Shown piece by piece: positions 31,761 through 41,971 of a DNA stretch of 64,000 nucleotides. This DNA comes from Spirochaetota bacterium (lineage in GTDB: Bacteria > Spirochaetota > UBA4802 > UBA5550), in the NCBI GenBank assembly GCA_963664815.2, contig CAXXHB010000003.1:640001-704000 (forward strand). Direction: 5' to 3'. Position 1 is the stretch's first letter; each line of letters begins with the position of its first letter. Both the position numbers and the translations under genes were made by a program. Below the pieces are notes generated by a model, which worked only from the letters and a program-made list of their open reading frames with translations, was not told where the DNA came from and made no database searches.

Positions 31761-32771
31761 TCAGCATATTCTCGGGAGCTGTTCTTCCACAAGAAGAGGT
31801 AAAAGTCTTTTACCTCCGATAAATGTTTCCAGATATACTTTTCCGGGATATAGTGAATCTATCTCCCCGATTATCGCGGTATTTCTGCCGTACTCGTTTT
31901 GTTTCATTATATCAACCATACCATCTGCATCTTCCGGCCTGCAGATAATTACAACTTTTCCTTCATTGGCCACGTATAGAGGATCGAGTCCAAGAAGAGA
32001 GCATATTCCCTTAACTTCTTCTGAAACCGGAACTGAATCTTCAATGATCCCTGCTGAAAAAGCTCTCCCCGTTGTAATCTCATTTAATACGGAGGCGAGT
32101 CCACCACGAGTTGCGTCTCTCATGAACTTAATACTCTCCGGGTACTTTGTTGTTACAGATTCAATTAGCTTGTTCAGCGGAGCGCAGTCTGATTTAAGAT
32201 TGCTTGAAAATCTCAGATCGTTACGCAGAGACATTATGGTTATTCCATGATCCCCGAGAGTACCGCTTACTATGATTTTGTCTCCCTTTTTTATTTCTCT
32301 TCTCTGAGGGCTGTTTTTAAATATCCCTATACCGGAAGTATTTATATAGATTCTGTCACCTTTACCATTTGGAACAACTTTTGTGTCTCCGGTTACAATT
32401 TTTACTCCGGCAGACTCAGCAGAGGTTTTCATTGAATAAAGAATTTTTTCGAATGAATCAAAATCAAATCCCTCTTCAAGTATAAGAGAACATGATAAAA
32501 ATTCCGGTATAGCTCCCATTACTGCAAGATCGTTAACGGTACCGTTTACTGCAAGTTTACCTATGTCTCCTCCCGGGAAAAATATAGGAGTTACTGTATA
32601 TGAATCAGTTGTGAATGCTATTTTACCGGAAGATATATCAAGAACTGCGGAATCATCTATCTGTATTGATTCTTTACCAAGAATCTCTTTTATCATACCG
32701 GAGATCATATCATTCATCAGTTTTCCGCCGCTTCCATGCCCCGGAAGAATTTTCTTTGTCGTCTTCTCCAT
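31761..32771 (-). CDS. hypE: Hydrogenase maturation carbamoyl dehydratase HypE
   Basis: GHGSGG, FTTDS, GDIGKLAVNGTVNDL, RDATRGG and C-terminal LPRIC; ATG 32771 overlaps the hypD stop. Confidence 0.97.
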   Translation of the reverse strand: MEKTTKKILPGHGSGGKLMNDMISGMIKEILGKESIQIDDSAVLDISSGKIAFTTDSYTVTPIFFPGGDIGKLAVNGTVNDLAVMGAIPEFLSCSLILEEGFDFDSFEKILYSMKTSAESAGVKIVTGDTKVVPNGKGDRIYINTSGIGIFKNSPQRREIKKGDKIIVSGTLGDHGITIMSLRNDLRFSSNLKSDCAPLNKLIESVTTKYPESIKFMRDATRGGLASVLNEITTGRAFSAGIIEDSVPVSEEVKGICSLLGLDPLYVANEGKVVIICRPEDADGMVDIMKQNEYGRNTAIIGEIDSLYPGKVYLETFIGGKRLLPLLVEEQLPRIC

Positions 32772-33838
32772 TATTTCCTCCAGTATTTGTAGTAAGCAGA
32801 GCATGGCCCTTCGCTTGAGACCATGCATGGCCCGATGGCATTTTCAGGAGAGCAAACTTTATCAAAAAGAGGACATTGCGGAGGAATAATGACTCCCCGA
32901 AGAAGATCACCACATCTGCACCCTGCGTGTTCTTTAACCGGGGGAGGGGTAGCCGGAAATTTCTTTTTCGCGTCATATATGCTGTATTTCTCTTTTATCT
33001 TCAGACCGCTTCCCGGTATTTCACCAAGCCCCCTCCATACCTCGGAGCATCTTTCAAAAACAGTATCAAGTATTTTTATCGCATTGGGGTTTCCTTTATC
33101 TTTAACAACTGTTTTGTACTCATTGGTGATTTTTATCTCTTTTTTTTCAAGAAGATCAATAAGAGCCAATACTCCGATTATCAGATCATGCGCTTCAAAC
33201 CCTGCTACAACTCCCGGTTTGTTATATTTTTCCGCTATAAAGTTCCACGGTTCCTTACCAATAACGGCGCTGACGTGGCCGGGAATAATAAATCCGTCAA
33301 TCTGTACTTCGTCCGCACTGAGCAGCGCATCAATTGCCGGAGGGGTAAGCTTGTTTCCGGAAAGTATTGAAAAGTTATTAATACCCTTTTTTTCAGCTTC
33401 CATTATAATAATTGCTTCAGATGGAGCTGTGGTTTCAAAACCTACACTGAGGAAAATTACCTCTCTGCCCGGATTTTCTTCGGCAATTCTGAGAGCATCC
33501 AGCGGAGAGTAAACAATGCGTATATCCATACCTTCCGCTTTTTCCTTCGCGAGAGAACTGTATGACGAAGGAACTTTGATCATATCGCCAAATGTCGCAA
33601 GTATGACATCATATTTTTTTGCAATTTCGATTATAAGATCAAGATACGAGTTTGGGGTAACGCATACCGGGCAACCTGGTCCGTCTATCAGAGTAAGTTT
33701 TTCAGGGAACAGATCTTTTACCCCCGTCTTAAAAAACTCGGCTGTATGTGTGCCGCATACTTCCATTATTCTGATCTCTTCAGAGAGCTTTTTGTCTTTA
33801 AGCACCCCTGCAAGTTTTTTTACAAGTTCTTTGTTCAT
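32771..33838 (-). CDS. hypD: Hydrogenase maturation protein HypD
   Basis: MEVCGTH, GPGCPVC, GFETT, PGHVS and GPCMVSSEGPC motifs. Confidence 0.97.
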   Translation of the reverse strand: MNKELVKKLAGVLKDKKLSEEIRIMEVCGTHTAEFFKTGVKDLFPEKLTLIDGPGCPVCVTPNSYLDLIIEIAKKYDVILATFGDMIKVPSSYSSLAKEKAEGMDIRIVYSPLDALRIAEENPGREVIFLSVGFETTAPSEAIIIMEAEKKGINNFSILSGNKLTPPAIDALLSADEVQIDGFIIPGHVSAVIGKEPWNFIAEKYNKPGVVAGFEAHDLIIGVLALIDLLEKKEIKITNEYKTVVKDKGNPNAIKILDTVFERCSEVWRGLGEIPGSGLKIKEKYSIYDAKKKFPATPPPVKEHAGCRCGDLLRGVIIPPQCPLFDKVCSPENAIGPCMVSSEGPCSAYYKYWRK

Positions 33839-33983
33839 TAAATATTATCCCTGGAATCTGTTGATTTGTTTTACCTTCAGAAAAGATGTTGATTTTAAAC
33901 ATATTGCTATAGATGCTGTCAACAAATAATACCTGCAAGTTTAATGTCAATTATATATAATTTCTCCGGGGGACTCTAATATA

Positions 33984-36701
33984 ATGGTCTTTGACTTTCG
34001 AATTAATAGTGATAAAATCAGTAATTTTTTTGCCGTTGTAATTTTTCCTTTCTGCATAATAACACTTGAAACAGTGCTTTTTCATCTCCTGATGATTGTG
34101 TCAAACTATCTTCAGGCAACTACAATTATATCTATAGCGATGTTCGGAATTGCCATTGGGGGTCTGGTCAGCTTTTATCTGCTTAGGTTTAATAAAACTC
34201 TGATTTTATCTTTATCATCAGTTATATTTTTTCTTTCAATAGGGTTAGCATATTACGGTATAGTCCGCCTGGATAATTTCAGTTTCCCATATTTCCTTAT
34301 TCTCCCGTTTTTTTCAGGATCAATAATCGTTTCATCAATCTTTTCCAGGGCGAATTCGCATAAGATTTATTTTGTTGATCTTACTGCATCGGCGTTAGGA
34401 GTTGTTTTCCCGATTATTGCTGTTGCCCTGTTCAAATCAGAGAATACTCTTCTGATGCTTTCAACTCTTCCGGTTGTTTTTTTAATAATACTTTTTTTTA
34501 CAATTAAGAATCTTTTTATAAGAATTCCACTGCAGTTAGTTTCAGCAGCTCTCATTGTGTGTATATGCTTTTTCATACATATGAATATAGCAATACCGCG
34601 TGTTATAGGAAAAGAAGACTATAATCAGAAAATTCTGCCATACCTAAACATACCCCTCGAACAGAAAATACTGAAAGATGTTTACAGGGAGGAGTCTGCA
34701 ACAGGAAAGTATATTCTAAAGACAGATGATCCATACAAGGAACTTATGGCGAGAAATATAATAAACAGAACAAAGTATTATCCATTCGTAATGGATCTCT
34801 CCTGTAATTATAAGCCCTCACTTTCTGCAGAAAAGAATCTTAAAATATACACAAAAAAACTCGGTCAATATACATTCCTTTTTTCTGAGGATAACCTCAT
34901 GGGGAGAGTGGAGTATATCACCAGGACCAATGAGGAGTTTTTTTATATAAACAACGGAGCCTTTTACGACAGGGTGGCGTATGGAGACCGTGGTTCGGAG
35001 TGGGATATAAGGTTTCCGAATTACATGGTAAACACTAACGCTTTTATTATGGGGGCTTCGGCAGATGGTATAGTTAAGTCACTTAAACAACTTCCCGGTA
35101 AAACGAAGATTACAGGTGTAGAGTTTAATCCGATAATATATAAGACGATGATGTCAGGTTATTATTTTTACAAGTCGGAAAAGGCATACGAAAATACAAA
35201 TATTTACAAGACGGAGGGCCGTGCCTATCTCAGATCTACCAGCGAAAAGTTTGACATGATAACCCATATGAACAATCATGCCGAACATGGAGCAGTCTGC
35301 ACTCTGGCTCCAGAATATCTTCATTCAGTTGAGGGCATTAAGGAGATGCTTGATAAACTTACTGACAGGGGGCTGCTGATTTATGAGGAGATCCTCTGGA
35401 GCAAAAGGTCCGAGTGGTCATTCTATAAATTCATGAACACGGTTGTTACATCTCTCCGGGAATCGGGTATTCAGAACCCGCAGGAGCACATACTGGTTTA
35501 CGAATGGGATTACTGGAATTATCAGGATCCGGGAGTAAGATCTATAGTGATTAAAAAAACACCCTTTAATGATTTTGAAAAGGGTAAGCTGATGGAAAAC
35601 CTTCAGCATTATATTGCCAACCAGCCGTCGCCTCTCCCTTCGGAAAGACATATTCTTGCATTCCCCGGAAGAACAATTACCGGAATATTAGGGAATATAA
35701 TATCCGGGAAAACCGTCAACGATCCCGTACAGCTCCCCGATTACTACTGGGAGGATGATTTTGAAAAAGACATTTTAAACCATATTGAGAATGAGAACGA
35801 CAGGGTATTCATCAATTCTCTATACAAACATTATCCGAAGATGGAGATTGAAAAAGGATTCGATTTTGTTAGTACTGTGTGGAACTATCAGCAGGGGAGG
35901 TATGTGCTGAATAAAGGTATAAATGAATCCGACAGGTCAAGATATCTCTCGCTTCTGGATAAAACTGATTATTCATACAGAATGGATATAACTCCTGTAA
36001 GAGATAATATGCCGTTTCCTTATAATGTTTATAAAGAAAAAAAAGAAGTTCTCAATATATTAAAAATAGTAAGTCTTCTATCGTTGCTGATTTTCATCCC
36101 GGTTATAATTCTGGTAATAAAAAAATATTCATCACATAAACTCATCCTTCTTGAGCATTCCCTTTTTTTTATTGCTGTTGGTTTCGGTTTTATGCTTGTA
36201 GAAATTGTTCTGATGCAGTTCTTTCAGCGTTTTATAGGGATCCCGGTTTATTCGGTAATTATAACTCTCGGTGCGCTTCTGTTTTTCAGCGGTGCAGGCA
36301 GCCTTCTCAGTTCAAACTGGGAAAAGAAATATATTATTACTGTTGTTTTTTCAATTCCTGTAATGATTTTTCTTTACCATCACTTTCTTGATGGCATTTT
36401 TAACTATTTTGCCGCATCGTCTTTTAATATAAGGATGGGGGCCAGCGTTGCGCTGATGGTTCCATTGTCGTTGATGATGGGTATCCCTTTCCCCAAGGCT
36501 ATGGAGAAAATAAAAAAGGAAATTTCCGGTGAATATGCTACACTTATGTACGCTATAAGTGGAGCTGCCGGTACAATTGCATCAACACTGGCACTTTACA
36601 TGAATGTTTCATACGGTTTTTCATTTACGTTTATTGTTGGTATGTGTGCGTACTTTGCAGGAGCAATGCTGCTGCTTTTTATATTAAGAGGGGAGAAATA
36701 A
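33984..36701 (+). CDS. Large polytopic membrane protein with spermidine-synthase-like (class I SAM-binding) domain
   Basis: N-terminal TMs ([18 protein letters not shown]), central TGVEFNP...EGRAYL...[13 protein letters not shown]-terminal [13 protein letters not shown]...LMMGIPFP. Confidence 0.75.
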   Translation: MVFDFRINSDKISNFFAVVIFPFCIITLETVLFHLLMIVSNYLQATTIISIAMFGIAIGGLVSFYLLRFNKTLILSLSSVIFFLSIGLAYYGIVRLDNFSFPYFLILPFFSGSIIVSSIFSRANSHKIYFVDLTASALGVVFPIIAVALFKSENTLLMLSTLPVVFLIILFFTIKNLFIRIPLQLVSAALIVCICFFIHMNIAIPRVIGKEDYNQKILPYLNIPLEQKILKDVYREESATGKYILKTDDPYKELMARNIINRTKYYPFVMDLSCNYKPSLSAEKNLKIYTKKLGQYTFLFSEDNLMGRVEYITRTNEEFFYINNGAFYDRVAYGDRGSEWDIRFPNYMVNTNAFIMGASADGIVKSLKQLPGKTKITGVEFNPIIYKTMMSGYYFYKSEKAYENTNIYKTEGRAYLRSTSEKFDMITHMNNHAEHGAVCTLAPEYLHSVEGIKEMLDKLTDRGLLIYEEILWSKRSEWSFYKFMNTVVTSLRESGIQNPQEHILVYEWDYWNYQDPGVRSIVIKKTPFNDFEKGKLMENLQHYIANQPSPLPSERHILAFPGRTITGILGNIISGKTVNDPVQLPDYYWEDDFEKDILNHIENENDRVFINSLYKHYPKMEIEKGFDFVSTVWNYQQGRYVLNKGINESDRSRYLSLLDKTDYSYRMDITPVRDNMPFPYNVYKEKKEVLNILKIVSLLSLLIFIPVIILVIKKYSSHKLILLEHSLFFIAVGFGFMLVEIVLMQFFQRFIGIPVYSVIITLGALLFFSGAGSLLSSNWEKKYIITVVFSIPVMIFLYHHFLDGIFNYFAASSFNIRMGASVALMVPLSLMMGIPFPKAMEKIKKEISGEYATLMYAISGAAGTIASTLALYMNVSYGFSFTFIVGMCAYFAGAMLLLFILRGEK

Positions 36702-36724
36702 TTAATTTAAAAGGAGAGTATAAC

Positions 36725-38410
36725 ATGAAAGGGAAAAAAACAGTAAAAAGTGATATAGAGATAGCACATGAGGCTAAAATGTTCCACATTAAGGATGTGG
36801 CATCTCAGCTTGGGCTTTCTGAAGATGATATTGAATATTATGGAAAATATAAAGCGAAGATAGATCTCAATGTACTTAAAAACCGTCCTTTAAAAGGAAA
36901 GCTCATTCTTGTTACCGCAATTACACCTACACCGGCTGGAGAAGGCAAGTCAACAACAACAATTGGTCTTGCGCAGGCAATGAATAAAATAGGAAAACAG
37001 TGTACAATAGCGCTTAGAGAACCATCGCTGGGCCCATGTTTCGGAGTAAAAGGCGGGGCAGCGGGTGGTGGTCACTCTCAGGTTGTACCGATGGAGGATA
37101 TTAATCTCCATTTTACCGGCGACATTCATGCAATTGGAGCCGCTCATAACCTTCTTGCTGCAATGATTGACAATCATATAAAACATGGAAATGAACTGGA
37201 TATAGATCAGACAAAAATTTACTGGAAGCGTGTTGTCGATATAAATGACAGGGCATTGAGGAATATGGTTATAGGCCTCGGCGGAAACATGCATGGTATA
37301 CCAAGAGAATCCGGTTTTATGATTACTGTAGCATCAGAGGTTATGGCAATACTTTGCCTTTCAGACAGTATCCCCGATCTCAAGAAACGTCTTGCAAAAA
37401 TCGTAATCGGAGAGAACCGGAGCGGTGAACCGGTAACTGTTGCAGATCTTAAAGGACAGGGGTCAATGGCTGCGTTGCTAAAAGATGCGTTAAAACCGAA
37501 TCTGGTGCAGACTCTTGAGAATACTCCTGCTATAATCCATGGTGGTCCTTTTGCCAATATAGCCCACGGATGTAATTCGGTTCTGGCTACAAAAATGGCA
37601 ATGGCTTTGTCAGATTATGTAGTCACTGAAGCAGGTTTCGGCGCAGATCTTGGTGCGGAGAAGTTTCTGGATATTAAATGCAGGTACGCAGGGATAAAAC
37701 CTGATTGTGTTGTTCTGGTAGCAACTGCGCGTGCGCTGAAGATGCATGGTGGTGTTGCGAAACCATATCTTAAAGCAGAAAATGTCGGTGCGATTAAAAC
37801 AGGTCTTGCCAATCTGCAGAAGCATATTGAGAATATAAAGAAGTTCGGCCTCCCTGTTGTTGTAGCACTGAACAGCTTCCATGATGATACAGAGGAAGAG
37901 ATTAAGACAATTGAAAATTTCTGCAGAGACATGAAGGTTGCATATTCACTCTCTGAGGTGTGGGAGAATGGAGGAGAAGGGGGAATTGACCTTGCACAGA
38001 AAGTTGTAGAAATTATTGATAACAGCGATAATTCTCATTTCAGGTTTCTCTATGATACAGATATGTCTGTAAGGGCTAAAATTGCGGCGCTTGCTGTGGA
38101 AATTTATGGTGCAGACGGAGTGCTCTATTCAAAAAATGCGGCAAGAAGAATTGATTATCTCGAAGAGAAAGGTTATGGTAATCTTCCGATATGTGTGGCA
38201 AAAACACAATACTCATTATCTGATGATCAGACTTTGATGAACAGGCCTTCAGGGTTTAAAATTTCAGTTGGAGATGTAACGCTTTCTGCGGGAGCCGGAT
38301 TTCTTGTTGTTCATACCGGGGAGATAATGATAATGCCAGGGTTGCCGAAAAAACCGGCAGCGCTGGATATAGATGTGACTGATGAAGGAGTGATTACAGG
38401 ATTGTTTTAA
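36725..38410 (+). CDS. fhs: Formate--tetrahydrofolate ligase
   Basis: [54 protein letters not shown]; ATG 36725 after AGGAG. Confidence 0.98.
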   Translation: MKGKKTVKSDIEIAHEAKMFHIKDVASQLGLSEDDIEYYGKYKAKIDLNVLKNRPLKGKLILVTAITPTPAGEGKSTTTIGLAQAMNKIGKQCTIALREPSLGPCFGVKGGAAGGGHSQVVPMEDINLHFTGDIHAIGAAHNLLAAMIDNHIKHGNELDIDQTKIYWKRVVDINDRALRNMVIGLGGNMHGIPRESGFMITVASEVMAILCLSDSIPDLKKRLAKIVIGENRSGEPVTVADLKGQGSMAALLKDALKPNLVQTLENTPAIIHGGPFANIAHGCNSVLATKMAMALSDYVVTEAGFGADLGAEKFLDIKCRYAGIKPDCVVLVATARALKMHGGVAKPYLKAENVGAIKTGLANLQKHIENIKKFGLPVVVALNSFHDDTEEEIKTIENFCRDMKVAYSLSEVWENGGEGGIDLAQKVVEIIDNSDNSHFRFLYDTDMSVRAKIAALAVEIYGADGVLYSKNAARRIDYLEEKGYGNLPICVAKTQYSLSDDQTLMNRPSGFKISVGDVTLSAGAGFLVVHTGEIMIMPGLPKKPAALDIDVTDEGVITGLF

Positions 38411-38544
38411 AATGTTTTGCATAACTGAGGGAGTAAATATTACTTTTCAGGCAAAGCTATTGTTCTATTAAAACAGATAATATTATACATCTTAAGTAGA
38501 AAAGAGTGTGAATTGTAAATGACGGAATATAAAGAAATTCGCTC

Positions 38545-38886
38545 ATGTTAAAAGAATATTATGTTTATATTATTGAATGCAGCAATGGAAGACTTTATAC
38601 CGGTTATACTGTTGATTTAGAAAAGCGTTTTAATGAACACCTTTCCGGACGACGAGGAGCAAAATTTACCAGGGCTTTCAAACCTCGTGAGATTTCAGCT
38701 TCGTGGAAAGTTTCAGGTGTAAGGGGAGATGCAATGCGGATTGAAGCATTTATTAAATCTCTTTCGAAAGCTGACAAGACAGCAATTGCGAGTGAACCTG
38801 AATCATTGATTGAACGTATGAAATTGATGGAAAACATTAAATGTGAAATATCTGTTTTTAATTATAAAACTCCGGTTAAAATATAG
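38545..38886 (+). CDS. GIY-YIG nuclease family protein (UPF0213-like)
   Basis: YYVYII..LYTGYT..RFNEH..GAKFTR..E-x-x-IK. Confidence 0.9.
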   Translation: MLKEYYVYIIECSNGRLYTGYTVDLEKRFNEHLSGRRGAKFTRAFKPREISASWKVSGVRGDAMRIEAFIKSLSKADKTAIASEPESLIERMKLMENIKCEISVFNYKTPVKI

Positions 38887-38910
38887 AACCGTGGATAGTG
38901 GGATAATAAA

Positions 38911-39792
38911 ATGGCTGAGATAATTGACGGGAAAAGCGTTAGCAGTGAAATAAGGGAAAAGATAAAGCTGAATGTAGAGAGTCTGAAAAAAAAATATAAA
39001 TCTGTGCCCGGACTTGCAGTTGTACTTGTGGGAGATGATGCACCCTCTGCTGTTTATGTAAGGATGAAGGGTAAAGCCTGTGAAGAGGCTGGAATCCGTT
39101 CATTCCAGCATATACTTCCCGGGAGTACTTACAGAGATGAACTTTTATCGTTAATAGATAAACTCAATCATGACAGAGATGTAAGCGGAATTCTTATACA
39201 GCTTCCTCTTCCCGGGCATATACATGAAAATGATGTAATAAGTGCCATAATTCCGGAAAAGGATGTTGATGGTTTTCATCCGGTAAATACGGGGAAGATG
39301 GTTGCCGATCAGGACTGTTTCTATCCATGCACACCGTTGGGAATTCAGGAACTCATATACAGGTATGTAAAGGATCTCAAAGGTAAGCATTGTGTTGTGA
39401 TAGGGAGAAGCAATATTGTGGGCAAACCAGTAGCAAATATGATGCTTCAGAAGAATGACAGGGCGAATTGTGTTGTGACAGTATGCCATACTGCAGCTCC
39501 TGATATCAGCGTTTATACAAAACAGGCTGATATACTGGTTGTAGCTGCCGGAAAAGCCAATACCTTAACCGGGGATATGGTTAAAGAAGGGGTTATAGTG
39601 ATAGATGTAGGTGTAAACCGGATACCGGATCCTGCAGACAGTACAAAAACAAAAATTGTCGGAGATGTTGATTTTAAAAGTGTGGAACCGAAGGCATCTG
39701 CCATTACGCCTGTACCGGGAGGAGTAGGGCCTATGACTATAGCGATGCTAATGTTTAACACGGTAAAGGCGTTTGAGATCCAGAACAGGTGA
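38911..39792 (+). CDS. folD: Bifunctional methylene-THF dehydrogenase/cyclohydrolase
   Basis: QLPLP, KDVDGFHP, PCTPLG, GRSNIVGKP and TPVPGGVGPMTIAML. Confidence 0.98.
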   Translation: MAEIIDGKSVSSEIREKIKLNVESLKKKYKSVPGLAVVLVGDDAPSAVYVRMKGKACEEAGIRSFQHILPGSTYRDELLSLIDKLNHDRDVSGILIQLPLPGHIHENDVISAIIPEKDVDGFHPVNTGKMVADQDCFYPCTPLGIQELIYRYVKDLKGKHCVVIGRSNIVGKPVANMMLQKNDRANCVVTVCHTAAPDISVYTKQADILVVAAGKANTLTGDMVKEGVIVIDVGVNRIPDPADSTKTKIVGDVDFKSVEPKASAITPVPGGVGPMTIAMLMFNTVKAFEIQNR

Positions 39793-39810
39793 AATATCGC
39801 ATAAATATTC

Positions 39811-39848
39811 TAAATAAAAAAGCTGCCGTAAGGCAGCTTTTTTATTTA
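39811..39848. terminator. Bidirectional rho-independent terminator
   Basis: TAAATAAAAAAGCTGCC-GTAA-GGCAGCTTTTTTATTTA between convergent folD and qrcD. Confidence 0.9.
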
Positions 39849-39850
39849 TC

Positions 39851-41107
39851 TTAGTGGTGAGCTTCATGCTCATCGTGATGCTCAAGATGAGGGAAAAGCG
39901 GGAACCATTTTACGAATGCCATGTATATAAGGATCATAACAGAAAAACAACCGAGTGTTATTGACCATTCCTGGATTGTTGGCATATAAGAGGTAAATCC
40001 TTTCCATGGGAAGTTAGGCGCTGCAAATCCGTGAAGAAGAACGCTTAATTTACTTATAACTATTGCTCCAACTGCACATGCAAGTCCAGTTACCATATAC
40101 TTCTCCTGTTCTCTGTACTTTTTAATGTTAAGGAGTACAATAGGTCCGGCAAACAGCAGAATTTCAAGAACAAGCATCCAGAGTCCATAATATCCGCCCC
40201 ACATATCTGAATAAGCTCTTCCGCCCATAGGAGCATAGACATAAACTGCCTTGAAAATGTCAAATATTCTGAAAATGAAGTAGAAAATAAATATTAAGCC
40301 GGAGATACGTGCTAACAGCTGAAATGTATCCATCGGTACATATTCTTTCTTCATTACTTTACCTGCAATGTAAGGCATAAGAGTCATAAATGATGTACCA
40401 CCTGCCATTGCGGCAACAATTGCCATAAAGAAGAAATGAGGAGAATACCATACAGTTTTTGCATAAAGAGCTCCCCACATACCGCCACCGAGAGATCCCT
40501 GGTGAAATAAAGAAAGGAAAGTTCCGCCGGCAGCCATTGTCCACATAAGTAAATGCATATAGTGAGCTATGGCCGCAACAACCTTATTTTTTATCAGTAC
40601 TTTGTGTTCCAGTATTACAGGTATGAGCTCTACAATAAGAATACAGAAGTAAAATGATAAACAGAAGAAAACTTCAGTGAGCATTGAGTGCGGGTAAACA
40701 CCTTTACCCCAGTTCGGGTATGCAAAACCGAACCAGCATCTCAGCGGCTGACCAAGGTCAAACAGCAGAAATACGAAGGTAAAGAGATAACACATGAATC
40801 CGATAAGAACTGTTGAGTTAATTATTGGTCTCAGTTTATCAACTCTGAGTATATACAGAATATAACCTGTGGTAAAAGCCCCGCCCCCGAGACCTACAAG
40901 ACCAAGGTCACCAATAATCCAGGCTCCCCATGTGAAGTTATTATCCATGTCTGTATAACCTAGTCCCCAGAACAGGATTTGTATAGCAAAAATTCCGAAA
41001 AGAACTGTAAGCCCTATGAGAACATAAAGAAATATCTTCATGTTCCTGGATGTCCCTTCGAAAATTCCATCATAACAAGCTTTGAAAATGTTTTTCGATT
41101 TTTCCAT
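39851..41107 (-). CDS. qrcD: Menaquinone reductase integral membrane subunit (NrfD/PsrC family)
   Basis: About 10 TM; WGAWIIGDLGLVGLGGGAF, DLGQPLRCWFG, SMLTEVFFCL, SLFHQGSLGG and YMPTIQEW. Confidence 0.85.
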   Translation of the reverse strand: MEKSKNIFKACYDGIFEGTSRNMKIFLYVLIGLTVLFGIFAIQILFWGLGYTDMDNNFTWGAWIIGDLGLVGLGGGAFTTGYILYILRVDKLRPIINSTVLIGFMCYLFTFVFLLFDLGQPLRCWFGFAYPNWGKGVYPHSMLTEVFFCLSFYFCILIVELIPVILEHKVLIKNKVVAAIAHYMHLLMWTMAAGGTFLSLFHQGSLGGGMWGALYAKTVWYSPHFFFMAIVAAMAGGTSFMTLMPYIAGKVMKKEYVPMDTFQLLARISGLIFIFYFIFRIFDIFKAVYVYAPMGGRAYSDMWGGYYGLWMLVLEILLFAGPIVLLNIKKYREQEKYMVTGLACAVGAIVISKLSVLLHGFAAPNFPWKGFTSYMPTIQEWSITLGCFSVMILIYMAFVKWFPLFPHLEHHDEHEAHH

Positions 41108-41130
41108 TATAATCTCTCCATCTGCCTTAT

Positions 41131-41961
41131 TCAGGAGTTCTTTTTAAACCGCATCATGTCGCGGAGCCACTTCTGGCTTGTTAAATAATAAACTTTTGGA
41201 TTGGCAAACTGCTTTTTATCCATAAGTGCTTTTTTATGTACAGGGTCTTTCACGTCATCAATAACGTTATTAAGCCTCATCGCTCTGTCTGACTGTGTAA
41301 GCTTGTAAACTTCCGATTCATGATCGTTGAGATCTCCGAATACTATAGCGCCTGTGGGACAACCGCTTGCACATGCAGGAGTATAAAGCACGGCATTTAT
41401 ATCAAGGATGCCTTTCGCTACGGCTTTATCTCTTTCCCGTTTCCATATATGGCTGCAGAAAGTACATTTTACGATTGTACCTCTTGACGCAATTGATACT
41501 TCAGGATTAAGTGATTTTTTGAAGCTGCCTTCGTTTTCCGGTTTCCACCAGTTGAATGCCCTTGCTTCATATGGGCATGCTGTCTGGCAGTATCTGCATC
41601 CTATGCATCTTGACCATACCTGACTTACAACTCCGTCTTCCCCAACATCAGTCGCAACCGCAGGACAAACTGATACGCATGGAGGTTCAGCCTCATGCTT
41701 ACCTTGTTTATTACCTTCGCACTGCTGACACATCTTTGGAAGATATGCTGTTTTAACATCGGGGAATTTTGCGTCTCTATCATTCGTGACTTTCATAAGT
41801 TCAAGAAAAGCAACCCTTTTCGGTACATCTGAATCGTCCTCGAAAACAGGCATATTGTTTTCCTGGTTACAGGCGACTGAACACTTGCCGCAGCCGGTGC
41901 ATTTGTCTAGATCTATCGCCATTCCCCATTTTCTTTTCATTTTAACGTCTTTCTCTATCAT
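41131..41961 (-). CDS. qrcC: Menaquinone reductase iron-sulfur subunit
   Basis: WGMAIDLDKCTGCGKCSVACNQEN, CQQC..PPCVSVCP, RCIGCRYCQTACPY, KCTFC..ACASGCP. Confidence 0.85.
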   Translation of the reverse strand: MIEKDVKMKRKWGMAIDLDKCTGCGKCSVACNQENNMPVFEDDSDVPKRVAFLELMKVTNDRDAKFPDVKTAYLPKMCQQCEGNKQGKHEAEPPCVSVCPAVATDVGEDGVVSQVWSRCIGCRYCQTACPYEARAFNWWKPENEGSFKKSLNPEVSIASRGTIVKCTFCSHIWKRERDKAVAKGILDINAVLYTPACASGCPTGAIVFGDLNDHESEVYKLTQSDRAMRLNNVIDDVKDPVHKKALMDKKQFANPKVYYLTSQKWLRDMMRFKKNS

Positions 41962-41971
41962 GACTTACCTC

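Noticed and set aside
32823-33929. Long antisense ORFs over hypD (and similar shadow ORFs over dgt, fhs, fdhB and the MCP)
   Set aside because: They are reverse-strand shadows of well-supported genes and carry no motifs of their own.
38545-38886. GIY-YIG as a homing endonuclease or mobile element
   Set aside because: Short stand-alone UPF0213-like type, with no intron or DNA-binding extension.
36725-39792. Wood-Ljungdahl pathway cluster
   Set aside because: Only fhs and folD are present; no metF, acsB or CODH in the window.
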